The notes under the pieces were generated by a model, which saw nothing but the letters and a program-made list of their open reading frames with translations, made no database searches and was not told the origin of the DNA. From contig NC_079238.1 in the NCBI RefSeq assembly GCF_027921745.1, forward strand, positions 3,596,001 through 3,660,000: a stretch of DNA of 64,000 bases, in the 5' to 3' direction. Below are positions 38,880 to 49,411 of the stretch, in pieces; position 1 is the stretch's first letter; each line of letters begins with the position of its first letter. A program made the position numbers and the translations under genes. This DNA is from Schizosaccharomyces osmophilus. Taxonomy: Eukaryota.

Positions 38880-40115
38880 CTATGGCTCATCGTCCCTTTC
38901 ATTGCATTTCCAATACACACTGTTCATAAAATATAAAGGCTGTTGACCCCAGGTTATCCAATTTTTCAAAAGACACCTGCCAAAGACTTCCAAGCCTATG
39001 GGATCACATTGTAACCACTCTTTCAGGAATGGGTGTAAAGAAGGTTTTCTAGAATGGTAATCAGGAACACTAACGAGGGTGTAATTTTCTTGTATTCTTT
39101 TACAATGCTTTTGCAAATAGTCTGGCGTAGCTCCTATAATTAATTGTTCCCATGGCTTACGCATTTTTGAATGAATGTCAAACAAGGGGTCACCATGCAT
39201 AGTTATTTTTAACCAAATCCATGTCGCAACATAGCACATATTCCAGGAAGGAAGCAAATCGTTTTTAATAAAGTCGATGTACTTTTTCTTATTCGTACAC
39301 CAGACGGCCACGATACCCTCTTTTTTTAGTAGATGTTTGATGGGGATATCTCTCAAGTATCCCAAGTGCCTATTTACAGGATATGTGTTTCTTCTAGCGA
39401 CTGACCGATTTGGCCAAGGGGGATCAAGGACAACTGCGTCTAACTTCATGTCTTCCAGCGCTTCTAGCAGCACGTTGGAAGTTTTTTCAACATCACCCAT
39501 TATAAAAGAAGCCCCGGGAGGAACGTAAAAAATCGACCACTCAGGCACTGATTGATCTTCGTTCACAATCGTCTTGACACCGTTTAATTTTAATCGAACT
39601 ATATGGCTGCTCCGATTGCAAAGAAACTGTTGATATAGATCTTCAAGACCATACTCTTGTACACTTGAATCTTGAAGTGTTATGATGGATAACACAGGCG
39701 GGATTTGCTTCAAAATATAAATCATAGAACGATATTGTCCTGTAAGCTCTTCTTTTGTCCGAAAGTCCATCACTAAATGGCTTCTCCTGTAGGGGGAAGC
39801 TTCCGGGATGTGTGTTACAGATGAAGAAATTTCATTATCAACCTTTCGGTGCTTGGTGACCAATTCTCTTTCACCAAGCTTATTTGAGGATTTTTTGATC
39901 CAAGTACAAATCTGTACAAGAGCATCCAGAGTTTGCAATACCAACGGATCTGCTTCTTCTGATGACCCAACATGTTCCTTTTCAGGCAACGGGTATGGTT
40001 TCATAGTAGGCTTACTGGTTATAAACTCAAGAGAAGGTTCAAATCGGATAGAAGCTGGCGAATCTAAAAGTACGCATCGTTCATCTTGGTATAGAACAGG
40101 ACAGTCAATTCCCAT
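38880..40115 (-). CDS. MT-A70-family N6-adenosine methyltransferase, METTL4-like
   Basis: VLDPPWPNRS catalytic motif, AVWCTN, WIWLKIT..G.P, RKPWEQL, HSRKPSL and LEVFGRCL..WITWG. Confidence 0.88.
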   Translation of the reverse strand: MGIDCPVLYQDERCVLLDSPASIRFEPSLEFITSKPTMKPYPLPEKEHVGSSEEADPLVLQTLDALVQICTWIKKSSNKLGERELVTKHRKVDNEISSSVTHIPEASPYRRSHLVMDFRTKEELTGQYRSMIYILKQIPPVLSIITLQDSSVQEYGLEDLYQQFLCNRSSHIVRLKLNGVKTIVNEDQSVPEWSIFYVPPGASFIMGDVEKTSNVLLEALEDMKLDAVVLDPPWPNRSVARRNTYPVNRHLGYLRDIPIKHLLKKEGIVAVWCTNKKKYIDFIKNDLLPSWNMCYVATWIWLKITMHGDPLFDIHSKMRKPWEQLIIGATPDYLQKHCKRIQENYTLVSVPDYHSRKPSLHPFLKEWLQCDPIGLEVFGRCLLKNWITWGQQPLYFMNSVYWKCNERDDEP

Positions 40116-40944
40116 TTTTTTTCACAACAGCGTTCATTATAAGTAAATATCAGCTTGCCTTGTAATAGAATAACAATTCCTTTACAGCAGGATAATTTAC
40201 CCAAAACTTGCAGAAACTGGCAAGAAATATAGAATCACACAAAGTATTGTTCCTTCGCACCCAAACTTAAAAGATCATTAGAAGTAAAAGTGTTCTATAG
40301 TCACCACCGACGAAGCCAAACAATGAACAATTGGATTTTACCGATTATTAAGAGAAGAAAAATTCTTGAACTGGGTTTGCTGGACTTTTCTGTTTATCTT
40401 TTTACTCGTTTCAATGCCTCGTTAAAGATTCATAAAGAGGTAATGTCAATCCCCTCAGAAATCGCTACTTTTCATAGTAAGCAAAGATCGTCATTCGTAC
40501 GAGTTTGATATTCTCTTAGCTTACAATATCGTAAATCCTTTAAAACTGTCTTCTCAGCATAACAAATGGGAGAAGCTACCTCAGCAAATTCCATTTTTCT
40601 TTGACGAAGTGATGATTTTAAGCGATTTATTTCTTAATTAATATTTTTTTATTCATTTTCATTATTATAAAAGCGTAAAAGCTCGAATTGAGGCATTTAA
40701 TTTCCCTTAAATAATAGAAAAAGCAGTTTCCGCTTCTGCCCTGGTACTCTTCCATTTCCCTTTGCAATTTTTTGAGTTAGTTTACAGGCATACCATTTCT
40801 CTTCTTCTAATTCTTTCTTTAATCTGAATTTCGGTTCAATCACTTTGTTGCTTAAGCATTCTATTTTCCTTGGCTTAATTATTGAAATTTTGTGCATCTA
40901 TTTGTTAGTCCATATATACATTTTTGTTTGCATCTTCTTGCTAT

Positions 40945-42670
40945 ATGAATCTTGACATGACCTTGGCTACCGAAAATAAAACAGAACAAACCTTTAATTT
41001 CGTGAAGGAAAAGCGTAATTCGAAGTCAGATTTGGAGAACGAACCCGTTGTTCAAACGGTATCATTATCCTCCGGAAGGACGTTTGGCCATTCTCAAAAC
41101 TCGATTCCGAATTGTCAACTTGTCCAAGAAGATTCTCTGTATTGCCATGCTTATGGTATAAATTCCCCCCGTGATCATTTATCATTTCCCATGGACGATG
41201 ATAGTCATACCAGTAGAGACTTGGATGTTAAGCTCTCCCTGCTAAATCTCGAGCAGGATCATCCAATATCCTCTGATAATTTATCACACATTGATTCGAA
41301 TCCGGAGCTTTCTAGTTCATCTAGCTTTAGCGACGATAATGAGGAGTCCTCTCCCAGTCGATGTTCTAGCCGGGTTCCTCGCAATTCCACGGAATTGTGT
41401 ATGATGAACAATAATCGAATGAATCCTTACAGTCGTATTTATCGTCGTATAGCACCATCGGATCCCAAACATATTCCTCCTCAATTTCACTTTAAAAAGC
41501 CTTCCAAAAAATTCTACAATAATATTTATTCCAAGATGAAACTAAAAATGTCCGTTTTTCCCAATATCAAAAGCGAAGTATTGTCTTCAAAGAAAGAAAC
41601 CTTACCCCCAAATTCAAGCGGGCAGGTAAGTTGTTATAATCATTCCTCCGATTTGCGTCGCCTTTGTCATTTTCGTACTGTTGGAACAAAATACAAACTG
41701 GTGAATAGGGTAAAGCCAAATCACAAAAAAAGCATCGTCCTCGCAAAGTATGGAAGAATTGGAAAGTTTGTTGGAGAAGGAGCCAGCGGTTATGTGCGTC
41801 TGATACAAGAATCCGATGGCTCTTGTAGTCATGTGGCCAAAGTGTTTCGACCGCCTATTGACAAAAGGTTTTTACGCCGCTATGTTCGCTTTTTTATCGC
41901 AGAGTACTCGATAGCTTCTACCCTTCATCATCCCAATATAGTAAAGGTTTACGATATTATTTATGCGAAACATACTATTATCCAAGTTTTAGAATACACT
42001 CCTCTCGATTTATTTTCTTTTGTTGTTAATGGCCATTGTTTTCCAGAAAAAGCGGATCAACTATTTTATCAGTTACTGCATGGCATTGAATATATGCATT
42101 CGGTTGGATTAGCACACAGAGATGTGAAGCTGGATAATTTGATGTTGGATAAAGAACTAAACTTAAAGATTATTGATTTTGGCACTGCTTTTGTTTTCCA
42201 TTACCCTTTCGAATCTACTATGCTTAAAGCAGAGGGATTAGTTGGGTCGAAACCATATGTTGCGTAAGTGATTGTAATTTTTAAATAACGAGTTTGTCTA
42301 ACAATTTTTAGTCCAGAGGTTTTAAGTGGTAAACCATATGATCCCCGTGCAATCGATGCCTGGTCGTGCGCAGTGGTCTACTGGTAAGTGGATTTTTTAC
42401 GACTTCTTTACTAACATTTCAAGTTGCATAGCCTTAAAGAAATTCCCTTGGAGAGCTCCAAATGAATCCAATAAAAGATTCAAAACATTCTTGGCCCAAA
42501 TGAAAGATCCAACGCTTGAGATTGAGCTGATTAATTCATTACCAGAAAAATCAAGGATTGCTATAAAAGGCATGCTGGATCCTGATGCTGAAAAAAGATG
42601 GGATATTGGCAAAGTTTTAAGTACTTCTTGGATGAAAGACGCGGCTCTAAGTCTCAATCAATCTAATTAA
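40945..42670 (+). CDS. ppk8: HAL/Npr1-family Ser/Thr protein kinase; 3 exons
   Basis: GEGASGYV, AEYSIASTLHHPNI, HRDVKLDN, IIDFG and GSKPYVA|PE across a GTAAGT intron at 42264. Confidence 0.85.
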
Positions 42671-42726
42671 GATAAACCATTATTATTTCCTTTCTAATAA
42701 TATTTATTATGAAGGTCAGCCTTCAT

Positions 42727-44230
42727 TTAACTGAGAAACATCGGTGCTGTAGAGTTATTCACTTGTAGTCTCTTGACTTCATCATGTACTTGTGCAAAGC
42801 GATTGCTTAAAACCATGAAAAGTTTGTGCTCTTCTTTTATGGTTCGAAGTAAAGCTATCAGGTTAATAAATCTCACTTCGGCAACGATAATAAAACATAC
42901 CATCAGGGCTATTATTTTGAGGGGTGGTCTCAACCTGTTCCAAATGCTGTTCAAGTTCAGCAATAGTGGAAGCATATAATTGAGTGCGCTTGTCAGCATC
43001 GCCAACGAATTCTTCGAAATAAGACATCAAAGGATCATTAGAAGTATAAGGGTATATAGCACCGGGAGTTTTGAAAAGATCCAATATACGAGAGCTAATT
43101 CGTGCATTCGTAGTGTCTTTATCAACAAGCTTTTTTGTTAACTCCATTTCATCAGAATCAATAAGTAGAGCAGTAGATACGGACGATAAGCGCTAAAAAG
43201 ACGGTTAGTTGACGGCCGTAGGGTCATGAGTAAAGAAACATACACGCTCTACTTCGGCTACATCTAAAGGAACAGAATTAACTAATTCGGTGACATCTGA
43301 GGACTTTGTCTGCAGCTCTTCAGCAAGCTGGATCTGTGTGAAAATCTCTTTGCTAGTTTAAATGGTTAGATCATTATATTCAAATAAAGGTTCATAAAAG
43401 CATACTCCATGTCGTCGAGGTATTTCTGAACATTTGCATCAAGGCTCGAATAGCGAGTTGTGGGATGAATGGAAGGAGTAGAGAGAGATTGCCTATATGT
43501 GTTAGCTTGGGGTGTGTGTAAAAAAAGGAAATGAGCTTACGCATTTGGTTGTTGGTTATTTGTAGATCCAAAGAGAGAAGTTGTTGGTTTTTGAAGACTT
43601 TGTCCAAAAAGTCCACTTTGTTGAGCAGGTTTTTGACCAAACAGACCACCGCTTGGTTGTGCCGGGGGTTGTGTCTGTCCCAATAACCCAGCGCCTGGAG
43701 TAGTAGAAGGTTGTGTTTGTCCGAACAAACCTGTGGAGGGTTGGTTCGTAGTCGAGGATGGTTGAGCTTGTCCAAAAAGACCTGTACCAGAGGATTGGGG
43801 CTGCGAAGAGCCAAACAAACCTGTGGATCCAGTAGCAGGCGGCTTGTTACCAAATAAACCACTACCACCTAGTCCGCCTGTAGATGGTTGTTGTGATTGT
43901 CCAAATAAACCGCCACTAGGTGCTGTTCCCTGAGTACTCGGTGCAGGGGCAGCAGTTGTAGATTGTGAAAAAGGTCCTCCACTTGGTGGATTTGGAGCTC
44001 CTAAGGCTGGTTTTTGTTGTCCAAAAAGGCCGCCTCCAGCACCGCCGAATGTCGACTGTGAATTGGGGGCAGCAGTCGAGGAGGCAGGAGGTTGGGAGAA
44101 GAGATTGCCTCCAGCAGTAGAAGTATTTCCTAACAAGTTTATATTAGTTTTTTCAGAAGATGCATTCATATTCTATACCTTGGTTGCCTAAGCCGAAGCC
44201 TGTCGAAGCAGGCTTATTGAATCCAAACAT
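42727..44230 (-). CDS. nup45: FG-repeat nucleoporin of the Nup49/Nup45 type; multi-exon
   Basis: ATG 44230 (MFGFNKPASTGFGLG); many GLFG repeats; C-terminal coiled coil. Confidence 0.85.
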
Positions 44231-44288
44231 AATGGAAGAAAGCGAGTGTTGAAAGCACGGTAAAAAGCTGTTAGATAATTATCGTAAT

Positions 44289-44423
44289 CTGAAAAAGCCA
44301 AGAGTTAATTGTAAAGAAAGAAAGTGAAAAAGACAAAACACGTAGATTGGCAGTAAACAAATCGTCGTCCAGATTCAAAAAAAGCAGAATGTTTCTCCAA
44401 ACACGTTCAAAAAAGAAACATAC
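44289..44423 (-). other. Candidate 135-nt 5'-UTR intron of nup45
   Basis: Minus strand reads AG|GTATGT (44423) ... TTAAC (44308-44304) ... TTTTTCAG (44289), ending 58 nt upstream of the ATG. Confidence 0.55.
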
Positions 44424-44832
44424 CTAATAACAGACTTAACCTCCTTTTTCCCAATAATGTTTTTAATTAAAAACGAACGTTTTTACGTTTGCTCTCAAGA
44501 GGAATGGAATCCTTTCCAGTAGCATTCATTAGTGAGGGAATGTTGGTTTGCTGTATTTCAGATACGCGACTTTCGTTATTATTTGTTATTATGTAAACAA
44601 ACTGTTGAAAAGGAAAAGAAAAAAAAAGAAATTAAATGGAAGTAAAGAAAAGGGGGCGATGAGTTCGCATTAATGAGTTAACTGCAGTTAGAAACTGTCG
44701 TCCTGCTTCAATTTATATTTAAGGAATGAGAGATGGTATATCGTTGGGCTTCAAATGTTTGTAAACATAGGAAGCCTTTTATGAATTCGCAAGAAATTCA
44801 CTTGATCCCATCTGTATTCTTAGACGTAAACA
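44353..44832 (+). promoter_or_regulatory. Cluster of four forkhead/FLEX cores (GTAAACA)
   Basis: GTAAACA at 44353, 44593, 44761 and 44826, all on +. Confidence 0.5.
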
Positions 44833-45337
44833 CTTCATACTTTGCAATGAAACTAAAAAGAAAAGAGATCATTCTAGAATAGAAAACGGGGAAATTGCTA
44901 CTATTTTGTATCTCGGCGTGTCCTTTTCATTTCGCCGCAAAACCAAAAACACACTGAGCAACATTCGTTCGCCCTCCTGTTAGCCACAGCTGGCAGATAG
45001 ACACTTTTGTTTAGTATCGTTACAACTTGAACGGACTCATTCAGATGCTCCCATTCATCCACAATTCCTCATCTTCTTGTTTTTCATTGCACAAAATCTC
45101 AACATCAAATAGTAATATCCAACGGACAACACTAAATTGCTAAAACAGGAATGCTTAAGCCTCACTAATCGGGTTAAGGCATAAGTACACATTGCAACGA
45201 AATGGAGAGAGCCAGCGAAGCATAGGAAAAACGAGCATGCAGGGCCCTAGTGGAGGGTTCACGTAAAGAAGCAAATTCCTCCTCCATAGTACAGCAACAA
45301 CTGGCAAAAGCATTGACCGGAATTCGCGAGTTTTACA

Positions 45338-46559
45338 ATGTCAAACGCCGATCCACATGTAGAAGATGAAGAGGATGAATACCTATACGGTGAAACTATC
45401 GCGGAACGAAAAGAACAAGACACGCAGGACGCGCAAGCAGAGTCCTCTGCTGAGCCCATGAGCGAAGAAAGCGATGATTCTGTAAGGAGAAACAAAAAGA
45501 GTATGAAAGAAAATGTACTCATACTTTATTTAGGACATCGAGTTCATTATTGAAACGAAACCAGGAGAACGAGCTGAACCTCCAGGGTAAGTTGTGTTGC
45601 GTGCCCATTCATTGGGAATGGAGCTGGAGATTTTATTGAGGATTATGAACTAACGGATTGGTTTTAGTGGCACCTCTAGCATTTATGGAGTGGGTAAGCC
45701 TGGCCTGCGAAAGCCAGCGGAACGACCAACAGTCGAAGTCAAATCAATGGAGCCTCAAGAAACCTCTGCTGCAGCAGAGACTGCACAGCAAATAGACATT
45801 AATCCTACAGCAAAAATAGACGGAAAACCCATTTTTGAAGTAGACCTGGAGTCCTTTGAAGATAAGCCCTGGCGGAAACCTGGTGCTGACATCTCTGACT
45901 ACTTCAATTATGGGTTTGACGAATTCACGTGGGCAGCATACTGTGCCAAACAAACAACTTTGCGTGATGATTTTAGCCCTCAAAAGTTTATGGCTAGTCT
46001 CATGGGAGGCCCTATGCCATCCGGTGATATGAATAATGCCCCAGACTTCCAAGCTATGATGTCTGGCTTCCCCCCCTTCATGCCAATGCCACCTCCTCCT
46101 ATCGCTGCAGCTTCCCAAGACGAACTCAACTACTCACGTCCCCCTTTCCCCGTTCCCACTCCTACACCTCCTCTTGCCGGTAGTGTGGATTCTGCATCGC
46201 AAATGAATAGTGGTGCAAACACTCCTTCACATGGATACCATAGTTCCAATGGTATGCATCCTTCCAACTTACGAGAAAATGAAAGTCCTGCTCGTTCACC
46301 GAACCATTATGGCAGGCCTGAAAGTGGCCACGGTCCATATCAGCAAAGCTCTGCTAGCTATGGTGGCAATACCCCAAATACTATGCAACCGTCGTCTGGA
46401 GGTAATTATAACCCGACTAGAGGCTCTTATGGCGATCGCTCTCACAATAACAATTACTCCGGACCACCTAGACGGCGACAAATGTCTCCAGACAGATACG
46501 GTGGTTATTCTAGTTCTAGAGGAAATGGCGGCCGGTATCGTCGAAATCGCTACAACTGA
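45338..46559 (+). CDS. iss1: Cleavage/polyadenylation factor Fip1 homolog; 3 exons
   Basis: Acidic N-terminus [10 protein letters not shown]; Fip1 motif [28 protein letters not shown]; Pro-rich and Arg-rich tail. Confidence 0.93.
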
Positions 46560-46857
46560 GGAAAACCCCGAACTTTTTATTGAAACACAAAATTCATTTG
46601 GGAGGAACTTTGGGACGTAATAACAATGGTACATTGATCGCACATAGTAATGATTTTCTGGTTATTCAAAGTTTTTGATATCTATTTAATGCTACTACAC
46701 AGTTTTATCCTTCTTTTTGGTTTGAGAACATGGCCATAAAATAAAGGCACATTTCATTTTCTTTCATTTATTTCTGTTATCTAAATTTTGTGTTTGGGAT
46801 AACTTTAAAAAACGTTACTAAACATCGTAAAACAATCATGCAAATGGGGAAAACTTT

Positions 46858-47271
46858 TTAATAATCTTGCGTCTCGTCATCCAATTCATCTAGTACCTCA
46901 TGGGCATGCTTTTTGGTACTTTCGGATGTATTGGGATTATGCAAAGTGGCTTTATAACCACCACGAACATTGCCAAGATTTTTGCCCCGGATAGACTCTT
47001 CTTGTGCGAAATCACCAGTATCGAGGGTATCTTCGTCTTCATATCCTTCGTCGCCCAAAACGTTCTCTACTCCATAGTCGTTTGCGTTTCCAGACGAGCG
47101 AGTAGCATAGCCAGATGTTCTTTCAGTTCCGAAATCTTCATCTTCAAGGCCAAGAGAACCTTCATCTATGTCATCTTCATTGTAAAGGTTTGAAACCCTG
47201 GGATCATCACGAGCGGACTTTCCGTAGAAACCACCGTAGCCAGAACTCTTCTTAGAAAATTGACCTGCCAT
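46858..47271 (-). CDS. Small hydrophilic Con-6 (conidiation protein 6)-family protein
   Basis: C-terminal KNLGNVRGGYKATLHNPNTSESTKKHAHEVL Con-6 repeat; TATA-like TATATAA ~80 bp upstream. Confidence 0.8.
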   Translation of the reverse strand: MAGQFSKKSSGYGGFYGKSARDDPRVSNLYNEDDIDEGSLGLEDEDFGTERTSGYATRSSGNANDYGVENVLGDEGYEDEDTLDTGDFAQEESIRGKNLGNVRGGYKATLHNPNTSESTKKHAHEVLDELDDETQDY

Positions 47272-48212
47272 AATAAAAACTTGATATCGTTATAAAAGCG
47301 ACTCTTTAATAAGACAATCTTTGTATCATGGCCATTCGAAATGGCCGTTTATATATTTGGTTTTTTAGGGCACATTTCATTTTACATCACTTGAATTGAT
47401 ATTATGACAGAATTCGCAATTTGAAGACAAGTCATTTCATTTCTTACATTAACTACGTGTATAAGTGAGAAAACGACTCCCATTTCTTTACTTACGAATA
47501 GTCGTTCCCAGTCATTTTACGGTCATTCTACTATAAAACCATTGTGGCGATCGTGTAATTCAGATCCCAGACGTAAAGCAATCGAGCATGACGAGAAGGC
47601 AAAAAATATGCAACAATGAATCTTGAAAGCACGACTTTTTTCGTTTTCCAGAAAAGTCAGAAGAAAGTGCTTGCTCACAAAGCATTCGACAGCGACCAAA
47701 TCTTGTTGCTATAGCTTGTATGAGATTTAGACATGAACAGAGCAAGCTCAAACATTAAAAGTATATAAAAATGATTGTCTATTGGACGTGAGTAAATGTT
47801 ATTCCAACTCGGACACACTAAATGCTGGTGATTGGTATGCTGATGACGCTTACAAGCAAACTTGCTTCTAGAAAGTCAAAACAGCTACTTCAAGAAACAA
47901 GAATAGAAATTCATCCTTTTTTTTTTTTTACATGATATCGATTTTGTCGTACCACTGTTGGATGGTAAAAGAGGTGTTGCATCTAACATTCCTTTCTATA
48001 TTGAAATCATTCACAATGGTCAAAGAAAAGCGTTTGAGATGAGGGAATCAAGTTTTAGATTTTAGATTTACTCATAAAGAAAATAGATAAGATATAATTA
48101 GCAAGATTTATGTCAATGTATTATGATCGAGCAATCATTCTATCGATTCATATATGAAAAACTCGTCGTCAAAGAATGGAAAATTCCTTTTTAAGGAACA
48201 CGCATAAACATC

Positions 48213-48704
48213 TTAAGCACCACCACTAAATAAGACAACGTTAGAATACATAGGTCATGTTATCATAAACAGAAATTATTCTTGAAGCGTAACCACAAAA
48301 CACCTATTCCACGGGGTTCTCTTTCCGTGCCAAGCAAATACGACCTTCATAGTTTTTGCAAGTTATAGTGGTTGCTGCATCAAACTCAATCCTTCTACTT
48401 ACACAAGTACTTTGTTTATGGGAATATGAATCAACTTGATAATGTAACCAATGAATCCCATAAGCACAAAACCAGTAGCAACGGCTCTGGAGACACTAAA
48501 AAACTCTTTTCATCACGTTAGATACCGATAACAAAAAAGTACTCAAGAATGTAAACCATGCTTGCAACAGCTCCCTTGAACTGGATGTCAAAGCACATAT
48601 CCATTACCTTTACGATCGGGCTTGACACAGCGCTTAACAAAAAGAGATCCCTCTTTATACAAGTCCTTAGGAGCCTGGATTAATTCTTCGAAATTCTCAG
48701 CCAT
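48213..48704 (-). CDS. sss1: Sec61 translocon gamma subunit; 3 exons
   Basis: MAENFEELIQAPKDLYKEGSLFVKRCVKPDRK|EFFSVSRAVATGFVLMGFIGYIIKLIHIPINKVLV|GGA*. Confidence 0.95.
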
Positions 48705-49411
48705 CTTGTCTTTCGAATACAAATGCCCGTGGTTTATGTCTTGGTAGTGTAGCAGCAAGCAACCTTTGAGTCTCGAGAGAACCCACGCTCGTAGCATATC
48801 AGTAGATATCAATAAACCAAAATAACGAGATCTACAACGGCTTGAGCAAAACTTGTCAAATGTTTACAGTAAATAAAGTGTTGTAATTGCATTCAAGTTT
48901 TTTTTTTTATGCAACTCGTTTTGAAAGTTGATATCTCATTCATTAACTTGTTTGTTTTGTTGTGTGCCTAAATTTTCTTATGAGCTACAAGTGCAAATAA
49001 AAGCGCCAAAAAAGGTACATGAAGCTTGTGGAAAGTTGCTACATTCCAGCCAAAGAGCAAGACAGAGTTTGTATATTTTGAAATAAAAATATTATATTTA
49101 AAACAATTAAAAAATAAAAACAAAATTAGTAAGTGTTACAAAAAATTATTGAAGGATTTCTCATATCCTTCTTTCCAGCGATAGTAATTAAAACTTTAGT
49201 ACAATTATGGTACTATTAATTGATGTCCAGGCCCAATATAAAATCAAAAAAAAAAAATACATACAGAAACCCTTTAGTATTTGATTCAATGAGTGGATGC
49301 ATACATTGTACATCATCATCTCCATAAAAACGAAAACGACCCTCAAAACAGATGTCTCCGATTAAAATTAATTAACAAAGGAGAAATAAAAAAAATGAGC
49401 AATATCTTCCC

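Noticed and set aside
44900..45300. GC-richer intergenic stretch considered as an snRNA or snoRNA
   Set aside because: No match to the U1, U2, U3 or 5S sequences I recall and no clear box motifs; an Infernal/Rfam scan would settle it.
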